A program made the translations under genes and the position numbers. The notes beneath the pieces are model-generated. The model saw only the letters and a list, made by a program, of their open reading frames with translations, made no database searches and was not told the DNA's origin. DNA of 64,000 nt from Takakia lepidozioides (Eukaryota; Plantae; Bryophyta). Location of the stretch: NCBI GenBank assembly GCA_030704615.1, contig CM060733.1, positions 30,132,001 through 30,196,000 on the forward strand, read 5' to 3'. Numbering within the stretch: position 1 is the stretch's first letter; each line of letters starts with the position of its first letter. Shown here piece after piece: positions 25,359 to 38,098 of the stretch.

Positions 25359-26103
25359 GGCCATCTGCCTCACCTGGAAATCCATATGTTGGTCAGTGTC
25401 TTTGCCCAAGACCTTTTTTATCTATGATTCTATGGAACTACAGTATACTCTCCTTGCTCACGGATAGCGGGAAATTTGTAGGGAAGCCTTACTATTTTGG
25501 ACCTATGTGAACAAGTAACTGATGGTTTGTCTGTTGCAGGGCCATCTGCTGCACCTGAAAATCCGTATGTTGGTTAGTATTTTGGCTCACGACATTTCCA
25601 GCCCGTGGCTCTAGTCTATTCTAGTGGGTTCAAGTAGTATGATGGTTTTTGGTATGAAGGTAAGTCATTGATGATTGTGGTTTTACTATGATGATTCTAC
25701 AGATGAAGTCATTACTGGACCCGCTAGGAAGCAGTTGGCTCGTCCAAAGAAGGTGATGACAAGCTTGCCCAAACCAGCTGATAAAGTTGTTCAAACGAAG
25801 TGGGTGTATGCCTCTAAGGTACAGGTACACAAATTGTCTCTTCATTCTAAAAAAACCATTGCAAAGCATGTCATGGGGTTACAATTTCTACATGAGGTGC
25901 TTCAAGGGGTATCAACATTCGCTCCACAACTACCTATCTTCTCAAAGGCAAAGGTGAAAGGGATGTCCATGAAGCTTCGAAAGCTGGAAGAGTTGGACAT
26001 GGTCGTGGCGTGGGCGCTGGGGAACAGAGTAAGACTTATCAACGTCAATCTGGATGCGGACGGAGAGCTCAAACTTGCTGCATCAAATATCGAGGACATT
26101 TGA
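25359..26103 (+). pseudogene. Unknown gene fragment with two duplicated 33-nt microexons and a terminal exon
   Basis: CAG|25359-25391|GTCAGT and CAG|25540-25572|GTTAGT encode GPSASPGNPYV and GPSAAPENPYV; terminal ORF ~25702-26103. Confidence 0.4.
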
Positions 26104-26290
26104 AGAGGTACCGCACTTTGCTTCCTTCCTTTCCCCCGCATTGTTTATGCCACCCTGTTTAGTCCAGAAAAGTACAATTTTTTTGCACATGCCCGCTATA
26201 CCACATGGGAGTTGGTAGACCCATATACAATATGACCTATCTATCTATGTTGATGCCGAATCTCCTCTAGCAGAAAGGGTTCAGAAACTA

Positions 26291-28221
26291 CCTTGCCAAA
26301 AGAACTGGCAACTGTCGTTGCAGCAAGGCCCATCTCCGTGTAATCACCCCCTGGATACCTCATCCCCACACAAATACTTTGTAAGGCACTTGTCACATAG
26401 GTTTCTCTGGAACAAAAGTACCCAGGCAACTACCAGTACCAACATGAATTTTGGGTGTGGTTGTCAGAATTGCTCTCATGATCACTTAGATAATCAATAA
26501 CCTTGTAGTCCTGCATGTGATGCAGCTTACAATGAAGGCTGAGGTCGGACCTCTAGGTGTAGCTGTTAGAGGGCTGTCTGGGACTTAGACACTTTTATGG
26601 GCTCTGTGGGGTACCCTTAATTTTTGCACAGCCTTATGGATGGTAGACTTAGACCAACAGAGGCCTTAGGGGTGACAGGCACAGGCTGTAGGGGTGGTAG
26701 ACAGGCTTACACTTGGTCATAGTCTTACACAGCCCGACACAACTTTACACAGCCAGTCACAGCTCGGCACAGTTACAGCCCGACACAGCTTGTCACAGCC
26801 ATCACATCGTACGTAGGGAACGGTTATCATTGGCAGGGAACGACTGTGTGGGAACGACATTTGCAGAGGGAACATATTACTTCAAGAGTGACAGTTAGTT
26901 AGTTAGGCAGTTAGAACAGCTTGCAGGTAGATTAGACAGAGCAGCAACAGGAGGGGGATCACTTTTTGGAGAGCGACTTGGTCAGGGGGAGAGGAGATGA
27001 AGCGGAGAGCGGAAATGGAACCAATGATGGAGGAAACGGCGAAGATGGGAAGATGACTTGATCGATGCTTAATTCATGCAAGCTGTAGAATCATACAGTA
27101 GGGCAGATTAGGGACACCATGGCATTGGCCTGATACCTGATAAATCTTAATCTGATACTTATTCGATACAATTCACACTGTGTAGAGAGACATGAGTGAA
27201 GCTGTGGAATGAATGGATGAGTGAATGGAACCTGGTAGTTACTGAAGCAATCTGATGCTTCAGTAAACACAGTAAGGTAATTTGCTAACATGAAGGTAAG
27301 AAGAAATACAAATATGAAGCACAACCATAATTCACTAGCTGTAGGTCATGACTGATTGTTCTGAGTGGGCTGAGTGTTTAGAGATATCCAACTCTTCTAT
27401 CTTGGAGTTTCCACCTCGGATAGCGAAGGGATGGGTGAGTAAAAGTCGTTCGACAGTAGTAGGAGTGCTTATGATGATGTCAAACTCAAAATCTTGAGTC
27501 AGACCTCTGTTGTAGCATCTTCAAACCTATAAGTAGGGTAAAGGTTGCTTTAGTTACCATAAATATCCCCAACAAGCATATCAATTTGGGTGGAATCTCC
27601 CTGTATTGCCAATCCGATTGCCTGCTCAAAACTGCAGCAGGACAAAGAGAACCATTTAGTAATGTTGTCTTGATTGCATAAAAAGTTGTCCACAGATCCA
27701 AACAAGACTGGCCCTAAAACCTTCTGCTCTAGGCATGCAACCATAGAAGACGTAACACAAACACTTTCCTACAAACCACATCAAAGTGAGGATGCACAGA
27801 AATCCTTGCCAATAGGCTATTTGGTACAACTCACCTGGTGCAGCCTGTGAGAGCTGATGCCAGCCGAAAGAAAGTGTTGCAGCATACAAGTAACCAGAAT
27901 GTTTCTCTTAGTAGCATTTAAAACTAGGCCTTCATAAAGTGAGCTGCTAGGTGGACCCCACTGACACAGGCCTCTATGATATTGGATATTGAGCACATAT
28001 ATGTTTGAGGAGGCTACAAAACTGGTTGACTTTCTACTTAATGGAATGTCTTTAAAATCGCTTGTGGATTTGCCTACATGTCACAGAAGAGACCAACAAT
28101 AAAGATTGGAGGAGAAGGCTAGGAAGAGGTTAGACCTTCCGCCAAGACTGGTTCCACCAACACGCTCAAACTTGTCAGCAGAGTCGACACGCAAAATGCT
28201 TACACCTGACCCTATATTCAC
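26291..28221 (-). pseudogene. PANK: Type II pantothenate kinase fragment, 4 internal exons (28221-28136, ~27880-27836, ~27632-27557, ~26350-26291)
   Basis: Spliced translation VNIGSGVSILRVDSADKFERVGGTSLGG(S)[58 protein letters not shown]. One acceptor is mutated AG>AA; flanking exons were not found. Confidence 0.85.
26500..27090. mobile_element. LTR-retrotransposon-like fragment inside a PanK intron
   Basis: CACAGC-rich repeats, GTTAGTTAGTTAG, purine tract GGAGGGGG; no coding domain recognised. Confidence 0.3.
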
Positions 28222-28539
28222 CTGGGCACCAAACCAACACTGAATGATAATTTCTGGAAGTGAAGATTATGTTCTGTTACTTAGTATGCTTGTCCCTTCT
28301 CTTTCGCTTCGACTGCTATGACTGCTTGCCTAGGGGAACTTTATCAGCTGAACAGATGCCATAAGATGAGGTTGACTACATGTAGTCTTCAGATGTGGCT
28401 ACTTGCAATGTTGCAGATTTAGATATTGGTGCCTTAGCTGCGTTTGTATTGCTATCATGCATGGTTCTAAGGCTCTCATAAGTACATGGAACTGTGTTTG
28501 CTTGATAGTGACGAAAGAGAGGGAGATCCAGAGAAAGCT

Positions 28540-28640
28540 CTCATCCCCTGGGTTTCCTGACGATCTAGCACTGCAATGCTTAGCCAAAACTTCACACGGC
28601 TACCATGGGTTACTCCAAACGTTGGCACTATCTAATTCAA
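28540..28640 (+). pseudogene. F-box domain fragment (F-box/kelch type)
   Basis: PGFPDDLALQCLAKTSHGYHGLLQ resembles the plant F-box/kelch consensus PGLPDDLALxCLARV. Confidence 0.55.
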
Positions 28641-28999
28641 AGCAAGGTAGTGCTGAATTTAGGTCTATGGTTTTTTGTTTCCCTGAGGGTGCCATGTTCT
28701 GTTCCTTACCATTGTTAGGTTTCTCTTTAAAGATTAGGTTCTTGGCTACAACTTTTTCTTGGCTGAATCTTTCTGTCACCATTCTAGAAAGATGTCAAAA
28801 ACTCAGTGGGGCTGTACCCACTCTGGGGGAGTCAATGGGACAGCCTGGTCAACATTATTCAAGAAGTTGCCTTGGACATCGGCTATCTATTTCCATTGAT
28901 TTACCTGTCAGATGTAAGGATGACGTTCTCCTGCCCTCTTAAATATACCAAGTGTTACACTTTTTTGCTCCCAGAATGCACAATAGCATAAGGAAGTGT

Positions 29000-29179
29000 T
29001 GTGTTATTTTGTTGCTTCCAAGAGATCACCCAGGGGTTAAGGCACTGTTGCCACACAAGGTGGTGGTCCTTGGCTCAAATTGATGTAGCTTGTGTTATTT
29101 TGTTGCTTCCAAGAGATCACCCAGGGTTAAGGCACTGTTGCCACACGAGTGGTGGTCCTTGGCTCAAATTGATGTAGCC
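29000..29179. repeat. ~91-bp direct tandem duplication
   Basis: TGTGTTATTTTGTTGCTTCCAAGAGATCACCCAGG...CAAATTGATGTAGC occurs twice. Confidence 0.85.
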
Positions 29180-30782
29180 TAGGGTGGGAAATCTTATTGC
29201 AGCATTTTATATTGGGGTTAGTTTGACTAATAGAGCTCAACAACTAATTGAGAAGTCAGGGTGTGGTTGACTGGTCAACGTTTCCTTTTTAAAACAACAA
29301 AAACACCCTGTACATTTCCACTACGTCGCATGAGGCAATGTGCTGTCTTTCACCTCCAATGATAGGTGGAAAAGCTAATAACATATCCAAATTCTTTAGT
29401 GTTGATGATGGGCAATTTGGCCCTTGTTTCCACTTTTGTCATGTGGTTAAATGATCATTGTTTCATTTCTGAAACGTCAAAAATACCCTACATTTCCACT
29501 ACCACATGAGGCTATAGGTTGTCTTTCACCTCCAATGATAGGTGGAAAACACTTATTTATATCCTGTGAGATGTGAACGTATTTTTTCCCTTTTTAAGGA
29601 TGAGGAAAAGTGAAAAAACATTTCCTTCTTGGCACAGTTTCCTCTTAAGTGTTAATTTAGGTGTCTTAAAGAGGAAACGTGGCCTATTTTCCTTCAAGGA
29701 AACACTCCAAATCCTCCTTGTGGCAGATATCAAATGCACTTCTAATGTAACATCAAATTAGTTTTGTTCTCTGTATCTGAGTAAAGTCAATGTGTGAGAA
29801 AACACTTCATAGTGCTCCACTTTTGATTGTCGTATGCACCTGACTCTCATTGTGACACTGTAAAACTGTTCTTCATACTTTGGGATTTTATAGAGCAGCA
29901 CTATGCTTTGTCTTCAGTGAGAGGCTACACCTCTCTAAACATCCACAGCAGTGCACACTGATCTTCGACCTTCTTGTCTCAACCCATTGATTCTACCGTG
30001 ATGTCTACCAGTTGGGCAAGACAGGGGCCACTTTGTAGAACATTACAGATTATAGCTCCCAGTCCATTTGCATCATTTCAGACCTCATGAAGTTTGAATA
30101 TCCCCTGTGAACACCAGATCCCCTTTGTCAAATCACCTGGAATAAAAAACTTTTTGAATTTCCCCTGTGACACTAGAGATCCCCATTGTCAAATCACTGG
30201 GTACCGAATTTTTTTGAATTTCCCTGTCGAAGGGGCTGGCACCCAGGAGGGAAACTGGCCAGTTTCCCTGCAACTTTCACAGGGGATCGGCAAAAAGATT
30301 CCTGTGTATGTAGTACCCAAAGAATCTAGACAAGTACGATGAACCAAGCAATGAGAGATCGAGATGGACATAGAAGATGTGAACCAAATCGATGATAATT
30401 GTATTCCAGCAATGAGCATTTATACGAATGGCCCAGCTTGACAAAAACTAGATCAGGGGCATTGATCTAGGAGATTAGCTATCCTTTGGGTGGATCACCG
30501 CTCAAACTGAAGTAACTCCTAGAAATCAGTTCGGTGCCTAGATTCTCCTGTTTGTCAGCTTATGTTTGACCGTTCATCAAGTTCCAACACACACAAGCTT
30601 GGGGGGCTTATTTGAATTCATATACAATTATGTATTTTGCATTGATGTTTCTTACTCTCTCCTCTCATGAATGTGTTGTACTCTAATCTTGAACTAAAGC
30701 TTAGGTCACAGGGACAAGGCCAGTAAACGATAGTTGAAGCAAACAGGGTCCGTTGATAAAATAGGTGGTGACTGGTGACCCA

Positions 30783-33700
30783 CTATTTCCAGTAAGTTGT
30801 GGTGGGGTCACCATGCATGCAGTCTGGGTACTTGCCGGTCCACAGTATAATCTCGCTGAAGCGCTGCATCTGCTGCTCTACTGAAAGTTTGGAGACCCAC
30901 TGTGGAACAAACTCAGCTTGCTCTGTCAGCTCCGTTGCATACTCGTGAAGACGGTTTATCCTTGGTATTCTTATCTCCTCAAACCTGTTACCACATACAT
31001 GTGCAAGGTTCATGAATGATGAACAGCAGCCCCATCCAGCAACAAGTGAACTTCAGTGTCAGACGCAAGATATGAGCAGAATCTGTGACTGCGTGTCGTG
31101 CTCACACGTCAGAAGTAGAATGCAGGCCCTTGCAAGCAACCAGTTTATTATACTCAGATGGGCCCAGGTATATATGTAATTTATAACCAGAATCTGTGAA
31201 GGTACTGGATATTATATTCAACCACTGCTCAAACATCAGAGTAGCAATTGCGGTTAAAAGTCTAGCACTGATGACGTGTGAGTGCACAAGTATTGTAACA
31301 ACATGATGTTTGAAGTCTCCTTACTTGTGGACAGCTGCTGGAATGCTGTCCTCTCCCCGTGACTCAAAAGCCTTCTCCAGAAGGAGGCTGAGCTGATGTG
31401 CATCTTCAAATGCTAGCCGGGCCCCCATCCCCAACGATGTGTACATACCATGCGCGGCTGTTCACACAGTATGTGCAAGATTAGAGGTCAGTTGCCTGAA
31501 TATATTCGGAGGGAAAGAAATGGAAAAATCATAATGTTCATCCAGTCCCGTAGAGGCCAAACAGCTTATCAAGAGAGTCGAACAGAGAGAGAGAAAGAAA
31601 GAAGTACTAGACCGAAAGCAACTTCATAACGTCGGCAGCGGAAGGTCAAGGCCGACGGAAGGTCCGCTTGACGTGGTGTTAGTTTAGCTCTTGCCTAAAG
31701 AGTCTGTTCATGCGGTGGATGTATCCAGCCCTTGGATTTATATATACTCATCCCCCGCGGAATTCATTCTTCTCTTATTCATTGTGATTCTGAGGATCCA
31801 CCCCACCTGGTTACGTGGGACCCAGCACCGAATACCAGCAGGCACGATCCGGCATAACTGCAGCGAGATGAGTGTTCATGTATATACAGGCGTTTCGGGC
31901 GCTACAGTATTATAAAGCATGAGGTTGAATGTATTGTTAGACATTGTAGTCGTGGAGCTAGCTCAATTCTGGATCGAGATCAAAGGAAAAGAAAGATTGT
32001 GAGAGGCCCAACAGACAATCAACTCTTGTTCTCGAAACTGTGGTGACGGCTCACCACTGTGCCAGCACTATAGTGTAACTAATTACAGCTACATCTTTCT
32101 ATCTCTTTTGCAACTAGGATTTGGGGCTTGGTAGATTAAAGTGGCATGTCATGCCCCCTACTTGTTTTCTTCCTCCTCGGAGGATTCTTGGTTCTATTGA
32201 GTAAATCTCTTCCTTTCCCCTGCGGAGCAAAAGAACAAAAAGGAAAAGAAAGAAGGTGACACCTACCGTCCCCAATGAGCAACACATGGCCGTTAGCATC
32301 GCTCCATTTCTTCAAAGGCAAGCGGTCCATAGACCTCCGCTCATATATGACACTGTCATCGGTTGCCTTGATTGCTGAAATCAAATCCTCCCAGCCTTCA
32401 AGGGCGGCCAATTGCTGCAATGCCAGTGCTTTGGATTCACTTCTGTTAAATTTTCTTGACCTTTCAAGGAAGTCTTTTTGCAGCTCACCATTCGTATCCA
32501 GAACGCGCAAGTGCCATAGCACATAGCCATGCCCTGTTTCAAGTAGATAGTCATGGTCATGAGACCGAAGTACAGTGTTACAAACAAGCTGGGATATAAC
32601 TCCGGGGGAAACACGTCAAAGATGATCTAATTGAGTAGCCACCCTGGGGTTGTACCTTGATCACTGATAAACGCCACCACACGACCACTGGCTGCATGTA
32701 GCATTTGAACCTCATTTTTGCCATAGCGAAACAATCTGCCATGACGAACCAGGTATCAGATTTCAGACGAGTTCATAACAACTGGTCAATACATCCCTCC
32801 TGGCGGTCTGAACAACCTTCACGTAATACTATTATTTGAATCACATGTTCAAAGCTTATGACTAAAGTCTAAGCTTAGAAGGATTTCTTTGGTCAAGTGC
32901 TCAGTTCATCAGGAGAGTCAACGACCACTCACTTTGCCGTAGGCTCAAGGGTCACCTACTGGGCATGTACATCAACAAGGGCGCTTTTTGGGCCTAGAGT
33001 TGGTAAACCAAGAATCCGGAAAACGAACGAGAATGACTCACTCTCCATTAGGATTGTAGACGAATGCGTTCCAATTGACGAAGTTCAAGTAGCGGGGGGC
33101 ATCTCCTGGCACCATGGTTTTCCGCACCCCTGACCACATTCCATCGGCTCCTACCAAGAGCTTAGCTCGAACAACTTTTACACTGCCAAAGGCCTCCGAT
33201 AGGCCTTTTGTAATCTGAAACTCGATGTCCACACCTCCCTGCAAAAAGTGCACTCTGGCACAAGCTATTAAGCGACGTTCAGGCTCTGGGTTTCCCTTCT
33301 GGGTCCCCCCTAGCTGTGAGAGCAATGTCATATAAGCTTCCAAATTTATGTGCCACATGCATTCGAGAGGAAGAACTTATAGGACCAGGTCTATAACGAA
33401 CGATGCGATGATTGCAGTGATGTGGGTGGCGAAAAAGATTAAACACAGAGTTGAGAAAGACGAGTTGTCTGCAAATTCCGATCATGATTTAACTAAACCA
33501 TCAGAATTTTATGTGCCACATGCATTCGAGAGGAGGAACTTACAGGAGCAGGTCTGTAACGAACGAAGCGATGATTGCAGTGAACGCTCGACTTGTCCAA
33601 AAGGCTTGCCAAGAGCTCCTGCGAGAAGCGCCAGCCAATGACGACAACATCACCGATCTTGTGCCCTACTGGGATGACGATGTCTTCCTCGCCGTTTCTT

Positions 33701-34941
33701 CTTATAATTTTCTTCAAACGCACCTTATCGTTCCCCAAATCAATCATCTGTTCTGCTAGTCCGGGATGCAACCCGTCCAGTGCCCGTATACCTGCAAACG
33801 ATGAATACGAAGCTCAGCAATACTACATGATCTCAAAGAACATGCTAAATCCAATGCCAGATCTATAAAATTCCTACGTTTCTGAAGAGAATTCATCTTA
33901 TGGAGGACTCTCTGCTAGACTTGCCACATGTATACAGTTTTACCTTCCAAATGGACTTTCAAATGGACCTTGGAGCTCCTCATTATTCTGGTCCGACCAG
34001 ATGTTGTCCATGTGGCAAATGATTTCTCCCAGACCTACAGGTATGTTTGCGTTTATAGCGATGTAGTGCATGCAGTGAACTATATTCCTGTGTGTACATA
34101 GATCCATTTTTTCCAAATCCGGTCTTGTGTGGCGGGATTTGAGCTTCTGCAGCTTGTCTAAGGTAAGTCCGACTAATCGGCCGCTACACTCTCGTGCGAG
34201 AGCCCTACGTGACTGAGTTCTACTCTGATAGATTGTACATAACTTATACATATATATATATTTATTCACTGAGGTCAATATTGCTGGCCAACATTATTGC
34301 TCGTGCACTGACGCACCATGCAGCATATATGTGCATTGTGAAGTCATGAATCCGGCAGTTCGAATTGGGTGCGAACGTAACTTCGAGCAAACTGGACTGC
34401 ATGAGCCTGCCCAATTCACCTAGTGTATCCTCTATTTGCGTGTCTGGATTCCTCCTTTATGGGCGATGTTTGACATCTCACAGGTCTAGCTTGCACGGTC
34501 ACTTCTTACCTCAGAAGGTCAAATCATGTCCCCTTGCTGTCGATGAGTTGTATTCAATATTCAATACATATAATCTTGATCAATTTTAGAAGCGAATCCC
34601 CTCTCAAGTTCCCCTAGTCTTCCTGAAGAAGTTCCTCTACTGTTATCACTTGATTCACATGTGACTCCTAAAGAGTGGACCTGATGGCATAATATACCAT
34701 TGGGAGCCAGGCTAATGCCAGTGGCGGAGTCAGTGCGAAGAGCAGGAGCTTTTTCGAACACATGAGCCTGTATGCCTCTAGTCTGGAGGCCCAGCGCCAG
34801 CGATAGACCTCCGAGTCCTCCTCCGGCTATGGCAACGTCCACTTCCATCTCCACAGGTCCCCATTCACGGTTGTCCGCCAATTCCAAATGCCCGTTTCCA
34901 GTTGCTGGATCGACCATTCTCTCTGGCTCCTCCTGTTTCAT
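30783..34941 (-). CDS. Group A FAD-dependent monooxygenase (FAD_binding_3; ZEP/MO/UbiH-like), 7 exons, 456 aa
   Basis: Exons 34941-34698, 33791-33544, 33238-33042, 32735-32656, 32533-32267, 31457-31325 and 30984-30783 sum to 1371 nt with consistent phases and GT-AG ends. Motifs VAIAGGGLGGL, LLVGADG and LLIGDAAH..G.GA.LAFEDA. Confidence 0.92.
31535..32237. mobile_element. Possible solo LTR in monooxygenase intron 5
   Basis: TGTTC...GAACA inverted termini, internal TATATATA and an LTR-like GA tract; no TSD recognised. Confidence 0.35.
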
Positions 34942-36522
34942 TTCGACTCTCGTAGTAGCTGTTTCAGAACTAGTGGGGATCGAAATCCACAGACTCCCTG
35001 CAGAGAAATGAACTTTATAACGTCCGCGGAAAGCTCATAGAGAGAAAGTGTACTTCTTCTGGCTTTGATTCCGGGGGAGAGGTGGGTGCATGCAATGTTT
35101 TAAAGAGTACTCATATCGTTGTTTAACGTAGCCTTGTGGCCAATGTTCTAGACAGAGAGACGTTGACGCTTGTAGTGTGGTCACGCCTACCTGACATCAT
35201 TGCATGTTACCATAGACACGGGCATGCTGTCTGCATGAGGATGGCCCACTGCGCGATCTATCCTCAGGGGTGCGCTTTACCTCTGATCTCTAGCCTACCA
35301 CGACAACAATCACCAGGAAAGTGCAGTCTCTCAGAAACAACTGTATTTAATATAAGGAATCAGCACCACGACACGCACACAGATCACACTTGTGCAAACC
35401 CCAATACAGTTACGTATCCCTATATTTCCTACGTCAATCCTCGGGCTAATTGTCCATGCAAGTTGGCTCCAACGTGTAAGCCTCGTAACAGCCCGGAGTC
35501 CCTTCTTTACATAGACCTCAATGCTTTTCGAGACTACCCAAGTTGATGATCCACAGTCAGTTCACTTCTCTGAGAAGAGGGCCTCGTCATCAAGTATGAC
35601 TTCCCAAGTGCACAATCTCCAAAGCCTTAGAATCGTGGAAGAAATGAGGACGAAGTGCAGCCACGACATTGGTGTCAAAGATCAGTAACTGACCGTTGGA
35701 GTGTGACCCGACCTACCCCTGCCACACAAAACAGTAAATTGGGACCACCCCCCGTCCAAGATTATAATGTTCGAGTAGCCTGGGGGAGGGATCCATTGGG
35801 CATGTTCGGACACTGCTGCTGCTGAATTTTCCACAGCCAGTCTGCTTTGTATTGACATTTACTAAGGGGTCAAAATGCTCAACTGTCTATATAAAACGTT
35901 TATCCAACAAAAAAGCCCAGCCAGTCTTGCATGCATGGCAGCCTCTGTCATCCCCGGCCTAAAGAACTTTCAAGTCCATCAGATATGTGGCCAAATTTCT
36001 TTGAACATGCACAGCCACTTGTCAGTCAACTGTATACCCGCGCAGCAGTAGAGTGTGCAGCTTCCAAGCCACGTCATCATTCTGGTAACGTGGTAACCCC
36101 AAAACCATGCAAGAAAGTTGAGTGGTGCGGATTATAATGGGGAGATCTTGTGGCTTGCTAAGTGCATAGGCAAAGGGGATGGTGTTGGCATGTCATGCAC
36201 GACTCCCTTCCCTTTCCAACAAAGCTTAAATAGCTTTACCATAATTTACGCAAGTTCCTTGGGGATGCGTCATCATTTTTTATTTTATTTAAATCTAAAG
36301 GTCACATTTACGCTTCATTGGGATGCGTCATCAATTTTTATTTTATTTTCTAAAGGTCACATTTCACCATATGGTAATTTACGCTTCCTTGGGATGCCTC
36401 ATCATTTTTTTATTTTGTTTTTTAAAGGTCACATCTAACTCGACCACGATAAAAAGTTTAAGCGAGAAAAATTGCAAGCTAGGTAATTGTGACTGACCCA
36501 ATTTGAGTTGCTTGGGGATTAA

Positions 36523-37297
36523 CCCTTAAAGGACGAGCTAACTTTTGGGACTTTTCCGAACAAGTGGGCCATACCCTCCATTGCTGAGCTCTAACTTCCT
36601 ACCCCCTTACATCCAGCTGGATGGACCGTTCCATTTCATCCCTACCTACTACATGAAGGTCCTCAGACAATTGTAGCACTTTTGACCGTTCCATTTAGTA
36701 GATTATAACAAAAGAAAATTGGCCAAGTTGACACCATCAACAAAAAAAAAAAAAGGAAAATTTGCTTTGACCATGCAAGTTTGGTGATTTTACAATTTTT
36801 CTTGGAGAAATGGCTTCCAGAATCCGGATGAGGGGCAATGAACAGGTCATCTCCCAGAATCTCAGACCAAAATGCCAGAAATATTGGGGCGCTACTTTGT
36901 ATGTGAAATCTGGGGGGTAAATTATCTTGTTTTGGCTTCTTTCCCAAGGACACCCATGAGGTGACATTTGTTTTCCAATTCCTCTGATAAGTAAGTGCAC
37001 AGTAACATTTTATGGTGCCTTGTCCAAAAAAATTGGCATTATGATAAATTTTCATCTTGAACATTGCCCATTTGACTGCCACGTAGGCAGGTCAATGGTG
37101 CTCTAACACTGGATTTCATGAAACCCTGGCACTTTGCAAAATTCTAGGGAGCAGAGCTTTTATGATTTTTTGGCGCTGTAAATTCTCACATGTGCTCCTC
37201 CCACATCTACCATTCATCTTCAAGGTTCACTTCCATCCACTATCATCCATGGGAGTTGGAGCGTGGCAAGTAATCTGGTCGCATCGTCCTTTAGGGG
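36523..37297. mobile_element. Non-autonomous TTAA-flanked (piggyBac-like) DNA element
   Basis: TTAA|CCCTTAAAGGACGA ... TCGTCCTTTAGGGG|ATAA: 14-bp TIR with 1 mismatch; TSD TTAA/ATAA. Confidence 0.6.
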
Positions 37298-37585
37298 ATA
37301 AAGGGGTGAAGTTGTGGTGAGTAGTGTGGTCAGCTCAATAATTTACATGTGAAGGTATTGTGTATACTAGATCAAATCCGACTGATGTGCATGCATGTGT
37401 ATACTAGATCAAATGAATTGATCCATGCGTTTCAATTTTCAAACTACTCTCTCTAGGAAGGTAGTAGTTTAGTACTTCACTTCCTTCCCAAAAATAGTTT
37501 TCTATTACGTTGGGTCTTGTATATCATTTCCCATGTTAAAATATGTAATATGTATATATATATGTCTGCCTCATGGCCTCCTGTC

Positions 37586-37861
37586 CAGTGATTTTTTTCT
37601 TAAATTTGAAAAATAGCACGAGTGGCTACAAGAAATAGCTATATATTCTATTCATCCATTGAAAATTTGGATAGAATCATCCTCATATGTACTTTCATCT
37701 ATTTATATCATCCACATTTGGCAAATTCATCCATCTTTTTTTTTTCCTTGTAGAAGTTTGGCAATTTCATCCATGAAAAAACAGGGAATTTGTGACAGAA
37801 TATTCCATTTTAATGGTTTGAGGTCGTCATTTCGCGATTTTTCGCCAAAAATAAAACACTG
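37586..37861. mobile_element. hAT-type MITE with 8-bp TSD
   Basis: CAGTGATTTTT...AAATAAAACACTG flanked by CTCCTGTC and CTCCAGTC. Confidence 0.8.
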
Positions 37862-38098
37862 CTCCAGTCTTGGTCATTTTTGCCAAGACACCTTTTAATA
37901 TGATTTAAAGGGCCTCCGTCCCCTTTTGTTTTATATATATATATGAGTTTGCAACATAATTAGTCAACTTGCTCTACGAGAACGTAGCCACAAGGTCAAG
38001 TGGCGCTAAGTTACGTCGCCGATGGCCAAAATCTTCCCTCTAGTCGGATTATCAACTTTTTGCATAACTTCAAACTTGATCCTTATCCCCGTCATTAC

